This document shows, in pieces, positions 8,790 to 17,912 of a stretch of DNA of 64,000 nucleotides. The position numbers and the translations under genes were made by a program. Numbering within the stretch: the first letter of the stretch is position 1; each line of letters begins with the position of its first letter. Origin of the DNA: a virus; IMG/VR virus record IMGVR_UViG_3300047496_000092, positions 1 to 64,000 of that record; one strand, given 5' to 3'. The notes below the pieces were generated by a model. It saw only the letters and a program-made list of their open reading frames with translations, was not told the DNA's origin and ran no database searches.

Positions 8790-10766
8790 ATGCGCGTTCT
8801 GCCGTCCCAAAACCAGATAGCCCTCATAGACGACTTGCCCGAGCATAAGATCGCGGCAAAGACCGGCAACGTCGTCGTGTCCAAAACAGGACTGCGCGGC
8901 CTGCGGGAACGGGACGCCAAACTCGTCCTCAACCCGAACTATGTGCTGGTGCAGACAGACGAGCATCTTGCAGCCTGCGTCGCCGCCATCGAAGCATCCG
9001 ATCAGATCGCTATCGACACCGAGCATCGGAGTAAGAATAAGTGGTGGTGCAAGAAGGCAGTCGGCCTGTCAATCTACACGCCGTCTGACCGCAAAGCGTA
9101 CTTCGTTCCCAATCGCATGCAACACGCCATGCGCAATTTTACAGATGACGAGATTCAGGCAGCATTCGAGGATACATTCTATAGCGAAGACATTCTCAAG
9201 ATAGGCCAAAACTTCAAAGGCGACATCCACTTCTTGCGCGAGACGTACAATCTCTTCGTGCGCGGGGTGTACCACGATACGTTGCTTGCCGGTATCGTGT
9301 TGAACGAGAACGAGCCGCATGATCTTGAAGCGCTTTCCGTACGCTATCTGAAGGCTCCGCCTTGGAAGATTTCGTTCGACGCAGCGCCGGAAACCTGGCC
9401 GATCAAAACGGCAGCGCAGTACGCCTGCAAAGACGCCGAGATGACGTACAAGCTGGCACAGTTTCAACGCATGCACTTCGACAAGCAACAGCATGCGAAA
9501 CTGTCGGCGATCATGTACAACATGGAGATGCCGGTCGCGTCTCGCATCGTCGTAGACATGGAACGTCGGGGGTTCGGATGGGATGCCGACTACCATGCGA
9601 ACGTAATGAAGCCGACCATCGAAGCGGAGAAAGCGTCTGCAGCCCAGCGTGTCTTAGAGCAGACTGGGCCGATCAACCTCGAATCGAACGAGCAGCTAGC
9701 GGTTGCGTTCTTCGAGACGCTCAACATACCGCGCATCCGCGACAACCATCTTGACAAGCCTGTTCTTGAAGAGCTAGGGCGTCAAGGCTACACCGTTGCA
9801 ACGGATATGCTCGACTACCGCAAGTTCGCCACCATCGACAAGATGTTCGTGCGGACGCTGCCCGACTTCGTGTACAACGGGCGCATCCACTGCAACATCA
9901 ACACGATTGGTGCCGAGACTGGGCGCATGTCGGCCAACGACCCGAACCTCATGCAGATACCGAAGCGCATCGGCCCGATCATCCGGCGCGGCTTCATCCC
10001 GTCACCTGGCAAAGTCCTCATCTCGCTCGACTTCAGTCAGATCGAACTGCGTGTTCTGGCCGACCGCTCTGGCGACCCAACGCTGATCGCTGCGTTCGTT
10101 GCTGGTCAGGATGCGCATACCGCCGTCATGTGTAGCATGCTGCACGTTGACTACGCTGACTACGAAGCACACCCTGATCTACCGAAGTACATCCAAGCGC
10201 GCGTAAAGGCGAAAGCCGTCAACTTCGGGGTGCTATACGGACAAGGCGCGGCAGCACTCGCAGCGAGCCTGGGCATTCCTCTTGAAGAAGCCATCGCGTT
10301 CAAAGCGGCCTACTTCAAACGTATGCCGATGGTCAAGCACTTCATCGACGCTACGCACCTGTTTGCCTACAACAACGGCTACGTTGAGACGTGTATGGGC
10401 CGTAAGCGTCGCCTGCCAAACATCAGAAGTCAGGACCGCATGCTTTCATCTGCGGCCGAGCGCGAAGCCGTCAACTCTATCCACCAAGGAAGCGTCGCCG
10501 ACTTCGCCAAGCAGACGATGATCGACCACGACAACCTGATTAAAGGGCAGCACTGGCCCTACGAACTGCTGCTGCAGATTCACGACGAACTGATCTACGA
10601 AGTGCCGCGCGACTGGCTTGCACACAACCGGAAGACGTTAGACGACGGGCTGGTTGCGACCATGCAGAACGTGTACAAACTCAAGGTCCCCATCGTGGCA
10701 AACTACGACATCCTCGAACGCTGGGGCGACAAGATTTACATAGACGACGAAGGAGAGGCAGCGTAA
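8790..10766 (+). CDS. polA: family A DNA polymerase (Pol I-like) with a 3'-5' exonuclease domain
   Basis: IAIDTEH (Exo I), KDAEMTYKL, RMSANDPNLMQIP, ISLDFSQIELRVLA (motif A), KAKAVNFGVLYGQG (motif B) and LQIHDELIYEV (motif C). Confidence 0.95.
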   Translation: MRVLPSQNQIALIDDLPEHKIAAKTGNVVVSKTGLRGLRERDAKLVLNPNYVLVQTDEHLAACVAAIEASDQIAIDTEHRSKNKWWCKKAVGLSIYTPSDRKAYFVPNRMQHAMRNFTDDEIQAAFEDTFYSEDILKIGQNFKGDIHFLRETYNLFVRGVYHDTLLAGIVLNENEPHDLEALSVRYLKAPPWKISFDAAPETWPIKTAAQYACKDAEMTYKLAQFQRMHFDKQQHAKLSAIMYNMEMPVASRIVVDMERRGFGWDADYHANVMKPTIEAEKASAAQRVLEQTGPINLESNEQLAVAFFETLNIPRIRDNHLDKPVLEELGRQGYTVATDMLDYRKFATIDKMFVRTLPDFVYNGRIHCNINTIGAETGRMSANDPNLMQIPKRIGPIIRRGFIPSPGKVLISLDFSQIELRVLADRSGDPTLIAAFVAGQDAHTAVMCSMLHVDYADYEAHPDLPKYIQARVKAKAVNFGVLYGQGAAALAASLGIPLEEAIAFKAAYFKRMPMVKHFIDATHLFAYNNGYVETCMGRKRRLPNIRSQDRMLSSAAEREAVNSIHQGSVADFAKQTMIDHDNLIKGQHWPYELLLQIHDELIYEVPRDWLAHNRKTLDDGLVATMQNVYKLKVPIVANYDILERWGDKIYIDDEGEAA

Positions 10767-10768
10767 AA

Positions 10769-11035
10769 ATGGCATCCGTTCTCGACAAGCTGTTCAAGTT
10801 CACCGCAGAGCGCGGTGGCGTCGAAGTCATCTGCGAAAGCGACACGCAGCACCTCACCAAAGAGTACGTCATCATCGAAGTGCGCTCGCCGTATTTCCAT
10901 GCGCAATCGACGCTTGGCGCAACAGAAGACAGTGGTGAAAAACCGCCAGCGCTCAAACTACGTGTGTGCCCGCTCTGCTTCCATCAGTTGCAGCTTATGG
11001 GTCACAGCGCCCTCGCATCTCTACAGCAGCGGTGA
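10769..11035 (+). CDS. hypothetical protein
   Basis: An 88-aa ORF starting 3 nt after the polA stop. It contains CPLC. Confidence 0.5.
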   Translation: MASVLDKLFKFTAERGGVEVICESDTQHLTKEYVIIEVRSPYFHAQSTLGATEDSGEKPPALKLRVCPLCFHQLQLMGHSALASLQQR

Positions 11036-11916
11036 AGAAGGGCAACCCGCTGAAGGCGTTCGTAGACTCGCTCAAAGCCGAAGACAAGGCCGAGCGAACG
11101 CCGTCAGCCACACTTTTGAAGATCATCGAAGACTACTCCGCATCCGACAGGTTTGATCAGTTCGTTCTGACGCACCGAGCGTCGCTGCCGGACTACATCT
11201 CTGATCACGCTACGTCGCCTCGGCCATTTCGTGCCAGTGCAGCGGGGAAGTGTCAGCAGAGCCAGGTCTACAACGCCGTCAAGCACCCCGAGACGGACAA
11301 GATCAGACGCCCGCCCCGACAGTTCCGCGCGCTGTACAACGGCACGTTCTCGCACTTGCGTTGGCACCTGATGTTCGACGCACTGCATGCAGACGGCATC
11401 GTAACCACGCTCGCAGCCGAAGAACTGCACATCAACGATGATCTCAAACTGTCGGGGTCGATTGACCGGCTGATAGAGTTTCAGTACCTCGAAGAGCCGT
11501 TCCGCACCATCCTCGACTTCAAAACGATCAGAGCGCAGTACTGGAAAGACCTCATCAAGCCGCAATGGGACCACTTCATGTCGGCGCATGCGTACAAGAT
11601 GCTGCACTTCGACGCGAAGAACTACATGCTGCTGTATGAGAACAAGGACACCCAGGAGCTAAAGATTTACGACTTCGCGTTTGACGAAGTGACCGAACGC
11701 AGACTGTCGTCCATGTACTTCAACATGGCGATGTGGCGTGATCAGTACCTGTGCAGGGACCCCATAGAGGTACGCATCAAGTTGCCGCTGATCGTACGTT
11801 GGTGTAGGTACTGTCCTTGGCAGAAGGCGTGTCTCGAAGAGCATCCCGACCTGCACGAACAGCAGCAGCGAATCGGGGAGGAAGAGATGGACGATGGAGA
11901 GGTTGACATCTTCTGA
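11032..11916 (+). CDS. PD-(D/E)XK nuclease with a Cas4-like four-cysteine cluster
   Basis: Track ORF 10966..11916 trimmed to GTG 11032 (GTGA overlap). It has an N-terminal GKCQQSQVY and a C-terminal CRYCPWQKAC (C...CxxCx5C). The nuclease core is GSIDRLIE...ILDFKTI. Confidence 0.65.
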   Translation: MKKGNPLKAFVDSLKAEDKAERTPSATLLKIIEDYSASDRFDQFVLTHRASLPDYISDHATSPRPFRASAAGKCQQSQVYNAVKHPETDKIRRPPRQFRALYNGTFSHLRWHLMFDALHADGIVTTLAAEELHINDDLKLSGSIDRLIEFQYLEEPFRTILDFKTIRAQYWKDLIKPQWDHFMSAHAYKMLHFDAKNYMLLYENKDTQELKIYDFAFDEVTERRLSSMYFNMAMWRDQYLCRDPIEVRIKLPLIVRWCRYCPWQKACLEEHPDLHEQQQRIGEEEMDDGEVDIF

Positions 11917-12433
11917 AGGCATATCGGTCAGAACCAACGAGGGCGCACCAGCACTCGCAACGGTGACATTGGTCATCCCAGGGCTCGTTGTCGCACTCAA
12001 CCGGACCTATCGACCTGGGGTGCGAAATAACGCTCCAACCATCCGCAGAACGTACGAAGGGCAGGAGTACCATGACAGAATCGTCTCGGTCGCAAAGCTC
12101 GCGGCGCTCAACTCCCCCACCTGGCCGAAGGACCCCTGGCAACCAACGCACGTCAAGCTATCGACGTATGCGTTCAACACGCGAACTGATGCGGGTGCGG
12201 CCAACAAGATCGTCGCCGACGCACTCGAAGGCATCTTCTACGTCAACGACGAGATCGTGTCGTGGGGCGAATCGCCGCGACCACAGTTCGATGACAACGG
12301 GCCACGGCTCATCGTCTACCTCGAACTGCTCGCCTTCGAAGACGCAAAGCGCACCGAAATGCGCCGCGCCTACGTTCTAGCGAACCAAGAAAAGCGGCGT
12401 CGTGCTAAACGAACCAAGCGACCGGCAGGATGA
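11894..12433 (+). CDS. rusA: RusA-family Holliday junction resolvase
   Basis: TRTDAGAANKIVADALEGIFYVNDEIV matches the RusA D-x-x-N-x-x-K...D-x-L...Y-x-D/N-D pattern. Confidence 0.65.
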   Translation: MERLTSSEGISVRTNEGAPALATVTLVIPGLVVALNRTYRPGVRNNAPTIRRTYEGQEYHDRIVSVAKLAALNSPTWPKDPWQPTHVKLSTYAFNTRTDAGAANKIVADALEGIFYVNDEIVSWGESPRPQFDDNGPRLIVYLELLAFEDAKRTEMRRAYVLANQEKRRRAKRTKRPAG

Positions 12434-12908
12434 CATCTATGATCAGGTTCGAGTCCTATCGGCGCGCGCTGAAGAGACGGTTAAGCTGGTCGTTGCGAAC
12501 TACGCAAAGCAGCTTGACGATTTCGTTACGGTCGTTGAAGAGACGCTCGACAAGCGTACTGACTTTGACGACAAAACGATGCATCGGTTGGTTCTTCGCC
12601 TACCGATTCTCATGTACCGCATAGTGGACGGTGTAGATAGAGCAGCCATCGAATCAGACATGGCGAAAGCGATCACGAAGCTGGTCTACGCACGACACTA
12701 CCTCGAAGCACACGGCACGATTCAAGCAAAACAGTCACGCGCAGACGTACTGACCGCAGATGAAACGCAGGTAGTCGAGCTAACGAAGCACGTCTACTCC
12801 CGTTTGAAAGGCAAACTCGACAAGGCTGAAGCGCTGTTCGATGCAGTGCGGAAAGTCATTACAGATCGCGGTTCAGAACGCGCTATCTTTGGGAGAGACA
12901 GACGTTGA
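12402..12908 (+). CDS. hypothetical protein
   Basis: A 168-aa ORF with a GTG start, in the operon. No motif recognised. Confidence 0.5.
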   Translation: MLNEPSDRQDDIYDQVRVLSARAEETVKLVVANYAKQLDDFVTVVEETLDKRTDFDDKTMHRLVLRLPILMYRIVDGVDRAAIESDMAKAITKLVYARHYLEAHGTIQAKQSRADVLTADETQVVELTKHVYSRLKGKLDKAEALFDAVRKVITDRGSERAIFGRDRR

Positions 12909-13120
12909 ACATAGAAGACCGTCTCATTGGTGCGGGGATGGATGTAGCAACTGCACGACGCATCCGTCAACGCTATAACACACGCGGGGAAGACGTAAGT
13001 CCACTGACGTTCTTCGCAGACATGTGCCTAGAACAGAAAGACGTTGTGATGAAAGAGAAGCGCAATCTCAACGTCTTGCGGCAGATACTTGGTGATCTGA
13101 CGGTGGAGAACGCCAAGTGA
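12905..13120 (+). CDS. hypothetical protein
   Basis: A 71-aa ORF. The TTGA overlap at its start and the GTGA overlap at its end suggest translational coupling. Confidence 0.5.
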   Translation: MNIEDRLIGAGMDVATARRIRQRYNTRGEDVSPLTFFADMCLEQKDVVMKEKRNLNVLRQILGDLTVENAK

Positions 13121-14307
13121 ACGACGACATGAGGAACGTCACGCCGTGGTCCGTCGATGCGATCATTGAGGAGCTAACCAAAACCTTCGGGCTCGGCACA
13201 GTTGTCAGGGCATCCCAGTTGAAGCAGCGACCGTACCGCACGACCGGCAGCATTGTCATGGACATGGCGCTCGGCGGCGGCTACGGCTACGCCACCATCG
13301 TTGACGTGATCGGCAAACAGTCGGCGGGGAAGACGCTGCTCTTCGAGATGGCCGCAGCGACCGCGCAGCGAGTAGAGAACAAGCCATCCTGCCTGTTCGA
13401 CTTCGAGGGGACGCACGACCCGAAACGCTTCGCTGCACTGGGTGGCGACCCGGACGGTCTGGTGCTAGTGCGCGCCGAAAACTTCGGGGTTGACGTTGGA
13501 CCTATGTTCCTCGAATGGGTGACGGACATGCTCAAGGTGCAGTTGAGCAAGAACATGTTCGCGCTGATCGGGATGGACTCGACGGCAGCGATGGTCAGCA
13601 AAGCCGAGTACGAGATCAAAGCCGAAAAGGGCGAGGAGCAGGCCACGATGGCCTACACGGCGCGAGGCATGGCATCCCAGTTGAAGCAGATCGTCGGAAG
13701 CGGGCTCCTGGGGCGCAGCGACACCACGGTCATGTACATGAGCCAGATGCGCGACAACATCGGCGGCCGAGGCTTCAGAGGAGCCCCACCAGCCGACAAG
13801 CGTACCGGCGGCCGGGCGCTGCCCTTCTTCGCAGCCACGCAGCTTGAGGTGAAGCGCGGGGATGTCTTTACGGCCGACCTCGAACACAGCGAGACGCGGA
13901 CGGAGAAAGGCGTCGAAGTCGGCCACGAAACCAAGGTCATCGTCCGCAAGAACAAGCTGAACGCTGTGCAGGGAAGAGCCTGCGGATTCGAACTCTATAG
14001 CGAGGGCGAAGTGACCGGCCTCGATCACACGGCCGAACTGGTGACGCTGGCCGTCCTGACCGGCAGGGTCGGCCGCGCCGGGAAGTGGTACACGCTGCCG
14101 TTGGACGAGCGCAAGTTCAACGGCAAAGACGCTCTGCTCGACTTCCTACGCGGCAACGCTGCTGTTAGTGCCGCGCTCGAAGTGGAAGTCAGACGCGAAC
14201 TGAACGTCATTCAAGAACGCGACGCGCCACATCTCGAACCAATCATGGGCGACCCCGAAGAGGGAGAGGAGCAGTTTGACACCCCAACAGTTAGCGCAGC
14301 AACATGA
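13117..14307 (+). CDS. recA: RecA-superfamily recombinase
   Basis: Walker A is GKQSAGKT and Walker B is LIGMDSTAAM. The MYMSQMRDNIG loop region is RecA-like. Confidence 0.75.
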   Translation: MNDDMRNVTPWSVDAIIEELTKTFGLGTVVRASQLKQRPYRTTGSIVMDMALGGGYGYATIVDVIGKQSAGKTLLFEMAAATAQRVENKPSCLFDFEGTHDPKRFAALGGDPDGLVLVRAENFGVDVGPMFLEWVTDMLKVQLSKNMFALIGMDSTAAMVSKAEYEIKAEKGEEQATMAYTARGMASQLKQIVGSGLLGRSDTTVMYMSQMRDNIGGRGFRGAPPADKRTGGRALPFFAATQLEVKRGDVFTADLEHSETRTEKGVEVGHETKVIVRKNKLNAVQGRACGFELYSEGEVTGLDHTAELVTLAVLTGRVGRAGKWYTLPLDERKFNGKDALLDFLRGNAAVSAALEVEVRRELNVIQERDAPHLEPIMGDPEEGEEQFDTPTVSAAT

Positions 14308-14656
14308 GTCTGCTGTTGTCAAGCACTTAGGCGATGTGTTCGGCAATGCGAGACTACAGCCCGGTAGCGGAAATCAACCTGGCGCACCAAACGACATCGT
14401 TGCCGGTGAATGGCATGTCGAATGCAAAGCAACCAGTGCAAAGTCGATGTCAGTAAAACACGACTGGCTGCAACGTGCGCGCAAACTCGCACTCGGATTC
14501 GGTAAACGTGCTGTGCTTGCAATCCGATTCGGCAAAGGTTCTACTGCTGAAGACTACTTTGTGATTCGTGCAGGCGATTTTTACGATCTGCTGGCGTCAG
14601 CGCAGCAACGCCGTGCAGTGAAGAACGTCTGTGACGTTGGAAGCCGTCGTGTATAA
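14276..14656 (+). CDS. PD-(D/E)XK-type nuclease (resolvase-like)
   Basis: NDIVAGEWHVECKAT provides a D...E-x-K arrangement. The protein is small and sits next to the RecA-like gene. Confidence 0.5.
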   Translation: MTPQQLAQQHESAVVKHLGDVFGNARLQPGSGNQPGAPNDIVAGEWHVECKATSAKSMSVKHDWLQRARKLALGFGKRAVLAIRFGKGSTAEDYFVIRAGDFYDLLASAQQRRAVKNVCDVGSRRV

Positions 14657-15038
14657 CTCAAACTTCGTTTACGAGTACCGACAGTTCTCGTACAAGCACG
14701 ACGGGACAACGTATGTTCTGCTGCTCGACAACGAACCGCTGATCGCATTCCCCGAACGTGCGCTTATGGAGCAGTTCTGCGATCACATGCACGACATCAT
14801 CCAAGAAGCTATCGTCAAAAAGGGTGGACTTGCGTTACACATTACCGGATGTGCGCGGTGCAGACGAACGTACGAAGGAACCGCACTAAATCCATGTCAA
14901 ACTGGAATCCCGCTGTTCATCAACGCTAAGAACGCGACGGTCGATCTGATGAAAACAGCGGCGGCTTCGTTAATCGAATGGCGTGAGGGAGAGGGCAGGG
15001 AGGAGGCTGAAAAACTAGAACGTGAAAACGTACAATGA
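14631..15038 (+). CDS. hypothetical protein
   Basis: A 135-aa ORF (alternative GTG start at 14649). It contains CARCRR. Confidence 0.5.
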   Translation: MTLEAVVYNSNFVYEYRQFSYKHDGTTYVLLLDNEPLIAFPERALMEQFCDHMHDIIQEAIVKKGGLALHITGCARCRRTYEGTALNPCQTGIPLFINAKNATVDLMKTAAASLIEWREGEGREEAEKLERENVQ

Positions 15039-15522
15039 GTACCGATTCACGACGGTTCGGTCACTCAGAGAGGCGCTCCGTTCGTTCCGTGATCTCGAAA
15101 GCATGGGGGACGGGTTAAGCGCTACCATCCTACTCGACCTCAAACGCGCACTAGGAGACACGCGCGAGCCCGGTGCGGGACTTACGAAGCACCAACGCCA
15201 CGTCATCCAACTGTATCTCATCGAAAATCGCGAACTAGCCGAAGTCGCCCGACTCATCAACCGACACACCAGAGTTGTACAGTACGCATGCGCGCGTGGA
15301 CTCCGCGCACTCATGGAGTACTTCAACAACGGAGAAGATGAATCGGAACGCTGGAAACACTGGATGCTCGAACTGTTGACAAACAGCGACCTTTCAGTAG
15401 ACGAGATAGCGCAGACAACGGGGAAGACGCGACGCGCTGTACAGTGTGCAGTGACGAGGGAAAGGCAGCGTGGCAAAGACATCCCCTATCGACCAACTCG
15501 CAGACGCCCTTCTAGCGGCTAA
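15022..15522 (+). CDS. HTH protein resembling sigma-70 region 4
   Basis: LTKHQRHVIQLYLIENRELAEVARLINRHTRVVQYACARGLRAL is region-4-like. There is a second HTH-like stretch, SVDEIAQTTGKTRRAVQCAV. Confidence 0.5.
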   Translation: MKTYNEYRFTTVRSLREALRSFRDLESMGDGLSATILLDLKRALGDTREPGAGLTKHQRHVIQLYLIENRELAEVARLINRHTRVVQYACARGLRALMEYFNNGEDESERWKHWMLELLTNSDLSVDEIAQTTGKTRRAVQCAVTRERQRGKDIPYRPTRRRPSSG

Positions 15523-15721
15523 CCCGTCAGAGGAGTATCCCGTACTTGGTGATCGCCAGCTTCGGCGCGTGTGGGAGGCAGAGGTTCCTGTCAGTCCAGA
15601 CTGTCTGGATAATGCGGCACTCTTTCTTTCTAAGGAAGAGCGAACTGCTGTACAGCGCATCAAAGATCGCGAACGCAAGAGACGCGCAACTCAACTTGCC
15701 CGGTCTATCGGGGCCGCATGA
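15470..15721 (+). CDS. hypothetical protein
   Basis: An 83-aa ORF with a GTG start. It overlaps the upstream gene by 53 nt, so the start is uncertain. Confidence 0.35.
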   Translation: MAKTSPIDQLADALLAANPSEEYPVLGDRQLRRVWEAEVPVSPDCLDNAALFLSKEERTAVQRIKDRERKRRATQLARSIGAA

Positions 15722-16302
15722 CGGGAAGTACAAACCCTACTGCCCTGGGTATGATGAACCCCAAGCAGCAGCGGGCGTTCGAAATCTACGTCGGCCTAGA
15801 GTCTAAAGAACGCTCCATTGCAAAGCTAGCGCTCGCGCTGGCAGCGATGGATACGCCAATCCCCGAGAGTACGTTGAAGTCGTGGTCTGTTCGCTATGAC
15901 TGGGCAAATCGCCTGATCGCTGCCGATACCGAGATCGCGCGCCGTCTTTCGGATGCAATGGTTGCGATACACGTTGATCGTGTGACGAAGGACCTCACGA
16001 AGCTCGACAAGATCAAAGAGACGATCACTGGCGAAATCGAACGTCAACTTGAAGCCGGTGCAGAGAGTCAACTCAACCTGCTTGAACTGATGGGTGCGTA
16101 CGAGCGCATCATTCGTCTGCAAGGCGGGATGGTGAAAGCACCCCCGTCGAGTCCGACCGACAAACAGCCGGACGGCCCTATGCATCCCAGTGGAATCGTG
16201 TTGACTGACGCGCAGCTTCAAGAGATTCTACAGAAGGACATCCAGGAGCGCCAAGGCTTGCCCGCACCGCGTAACGTGACTCCTGCCGAGGAGGTTGCGT
16301 GA
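15718..16302 (+). CDS. terminase small subunit candidate
   Basis: Assigned by position, immediately upstream of TerL, with ATGA and GTGA overlaps. The N-terminal KQQRAFEIYVGLESKERSIAKLA is HTH-like. Confidence 0.45.
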   Translation: MTGSTNPTALGMMNPKQQRAFEIYVGLESKERSIAKLALALAAMDTPIPESTLKSWSVRYDWANRLIAADTEIARRLSDAMVAIHVDRVTKDLTKLDKIKETITGEIERQLEAGAESQLNLLELMGAYERIIRLQGGMVKAPPSSPTDKQPDGPMHPSGIVLTDAQLQEILQKDIQERQGLPAPRNVTPAEEVA

Positions 16303-17912
16303 ACGCGAACGATGGCCTAGTCGGCGCACTGCTTGCAGATCGAACGCGCTACGGCTACGCCGAGCAGAACATCTATGTTGACGGCAAGAAGTTCTCGTTC
16401 GCAGATCACAAGTACCTTGTCGGCATCTACGGCGACACCCACCCGAACATCGTGATCGAAAAGTCGGCGCAGATGGGTGCGAGCATTTACGCTATCATCA
16501 GCGCGCTGTTCGTCTGCGACAAGATGCAGAAGAACGTAATATACTTCTTCCCGACCGACACCGACGTGACCGACTTCGCAAAGACGCGCGTCGCACCGAT
16601 GGTCAACGACAGTCCGTACCTGCAGACCGTTACGTCTTCGAAGGACGCACTGGGTCTACGGCAAGTGAACAAAGGCTGGCTGTACTTTCGGGGCATGAAG
16701 TCAACCATCGCGATGAAGTCAGTTCCGGCCGACTACCTGATCTTTGACGAGTTGGACGAAGTAACCGACGCACAAGAGGCGCTTGCCGACCAACGGCTCA
16801 ACCACTCTGCGCTCAAGTGGCGGCTGAAGCTATCGACGCCGACGTTCGAAGGCTATGGCATCGACCGTGTATTCCAGAAGAGCGACAAGCGGTACTGGAA
16901 CCTCATCTGTCCGCACTGCGACGCCTTCAACATCGTTGAGGACACGTTCCCCGACTGCATCAAGCGCGAGAGCGAGACGGTCGCGTACCTGATCTGCTAC
17001 AAGTGTCAGAGCAGACTGAACACGCAGTACGGTCAGTGGGTGCCGAAGGCTCCGAAGGTCGAGCGCATTCGCGGCTATCATGTCTGCGGGCTCTACTCCG
17101 AGTTCACGTCGCTTGCCGACTTGATGGACGAGTACGACAGTGGGCGTAGGCGCGACGAGTTCATGCGTTCGAAGCTCGGCTTCCCGTACACGCCAGCCGA
17201 TCAACGCATAACGCCGGGGATGGTTCGAGCCTGCGTCGGCGGCGAAGAGATGCACATCGACACGAACACCTACATGGGTGTCGATCAGAAGGGCGATGAG
17301 CTACATATCGTCATCCGCAAGGGCATCAAGTTCACGCGCCAACACGAAATCATCCACATCAGCAAAGTCCGCGAGTTCGGGGAGCTAGATCGGTTCATGC
17401 GGCAGTACAACGTCAACTGCTGCGTCATCGACGGCACTCCGAACCAGCACAGCGCCCGCGACTTCTCGAAGCGTTTCCCAGGCCGCGTCTTCCTGTGCTA
17501 CTACAGCGACTCCCAAAAGGGTGCCTACGCCTGGTCCGAGCCGCAGTCTTCAGACGCGATGGACAAGGGCCTGCACTGGGAGGTCAAGGTGAACCGTACC
17601 GAAGCCATAGACGACATGTACGACGAGATCAGCCGTCGAACTATCACCTTGCCGAAAGAGACACCCGAAGTCAGCACGTTCATCGACCAGATGTGTTCGC
17701 TCGCCAAGGTGTATGAGGAGGACGACGACGGTGGCCTCGTCAAAGCGTTCTGGAAGCGTCTCGGACCAGATCACTACGCTCATGCGAACACATACAGCAT
17801 GATAGCGTTCTCACGTTACGGACAGTTTAGCTCCCGCAGTTCGATGGTTGTGCAGCCGCACGCTGGGATGAAGATCATTCGCAACCGGATGTACGGAGGC
17901 TCGCAGTTTTGA
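16299..17912 (+). CDS. terL: terminase large subunit, lambda GpA-like
   Basis: KSAQMGAS resembles the GpA Walker A (KSARVGYS). Walker B is DYLIFDELDEV. The size (537 aa) and position fit. Confidence 0.8.
   Translation: MNANDGLVGALLADRTRYGYAEQNIYVDGKKFSFADHKYLVGIYGDTHPNIVIEKSAQMGASIYAIISALFVCDKMQKNVIYFFPTDTDVTDFAKTRVAPMVNDSPYLQTVTSSKDALGLRQVNKGWLYFRGMKSTIAMKSVPADYLIFDELDEVTDAQEALADQRLNHSALKWRLKLSTPTFEGYGIDRVFQKSDKRYWNLICPHCDAFNIVEDTFPDCIKRESETVAYLICYKCQSRLNTQYGQWVPKAPKVERIRGYHVCGLYSEFTSLADLMDEYDSGRRRDEFMRSKLGFPYTPADQRITPGMVRACVGGEEMHIDTNTYMGVDQKGDELHIVIRKGIKFTRQHEIIHISKVREFGELDRFMRQYNVNCCVIDGTPNQHSARDFSKRFPGRVFLCYYSDSQKGAYAWSEPQSSDAMDKGLHWEVKVNRTEAIDDMYDEISRRTITLPKETPEVSTFIDQMCSLAKVYEEDDDGGLVKAFWKRLGPDHYAHANTYSMIAFSRYGQFSSRSSMVVQPHAGMKIIRNRMYGGSQF

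Noticed and set aside
13465-14028. A 187-aa minus-strand ORF
   Set aside because: It is antisense to the RecA-like gene.
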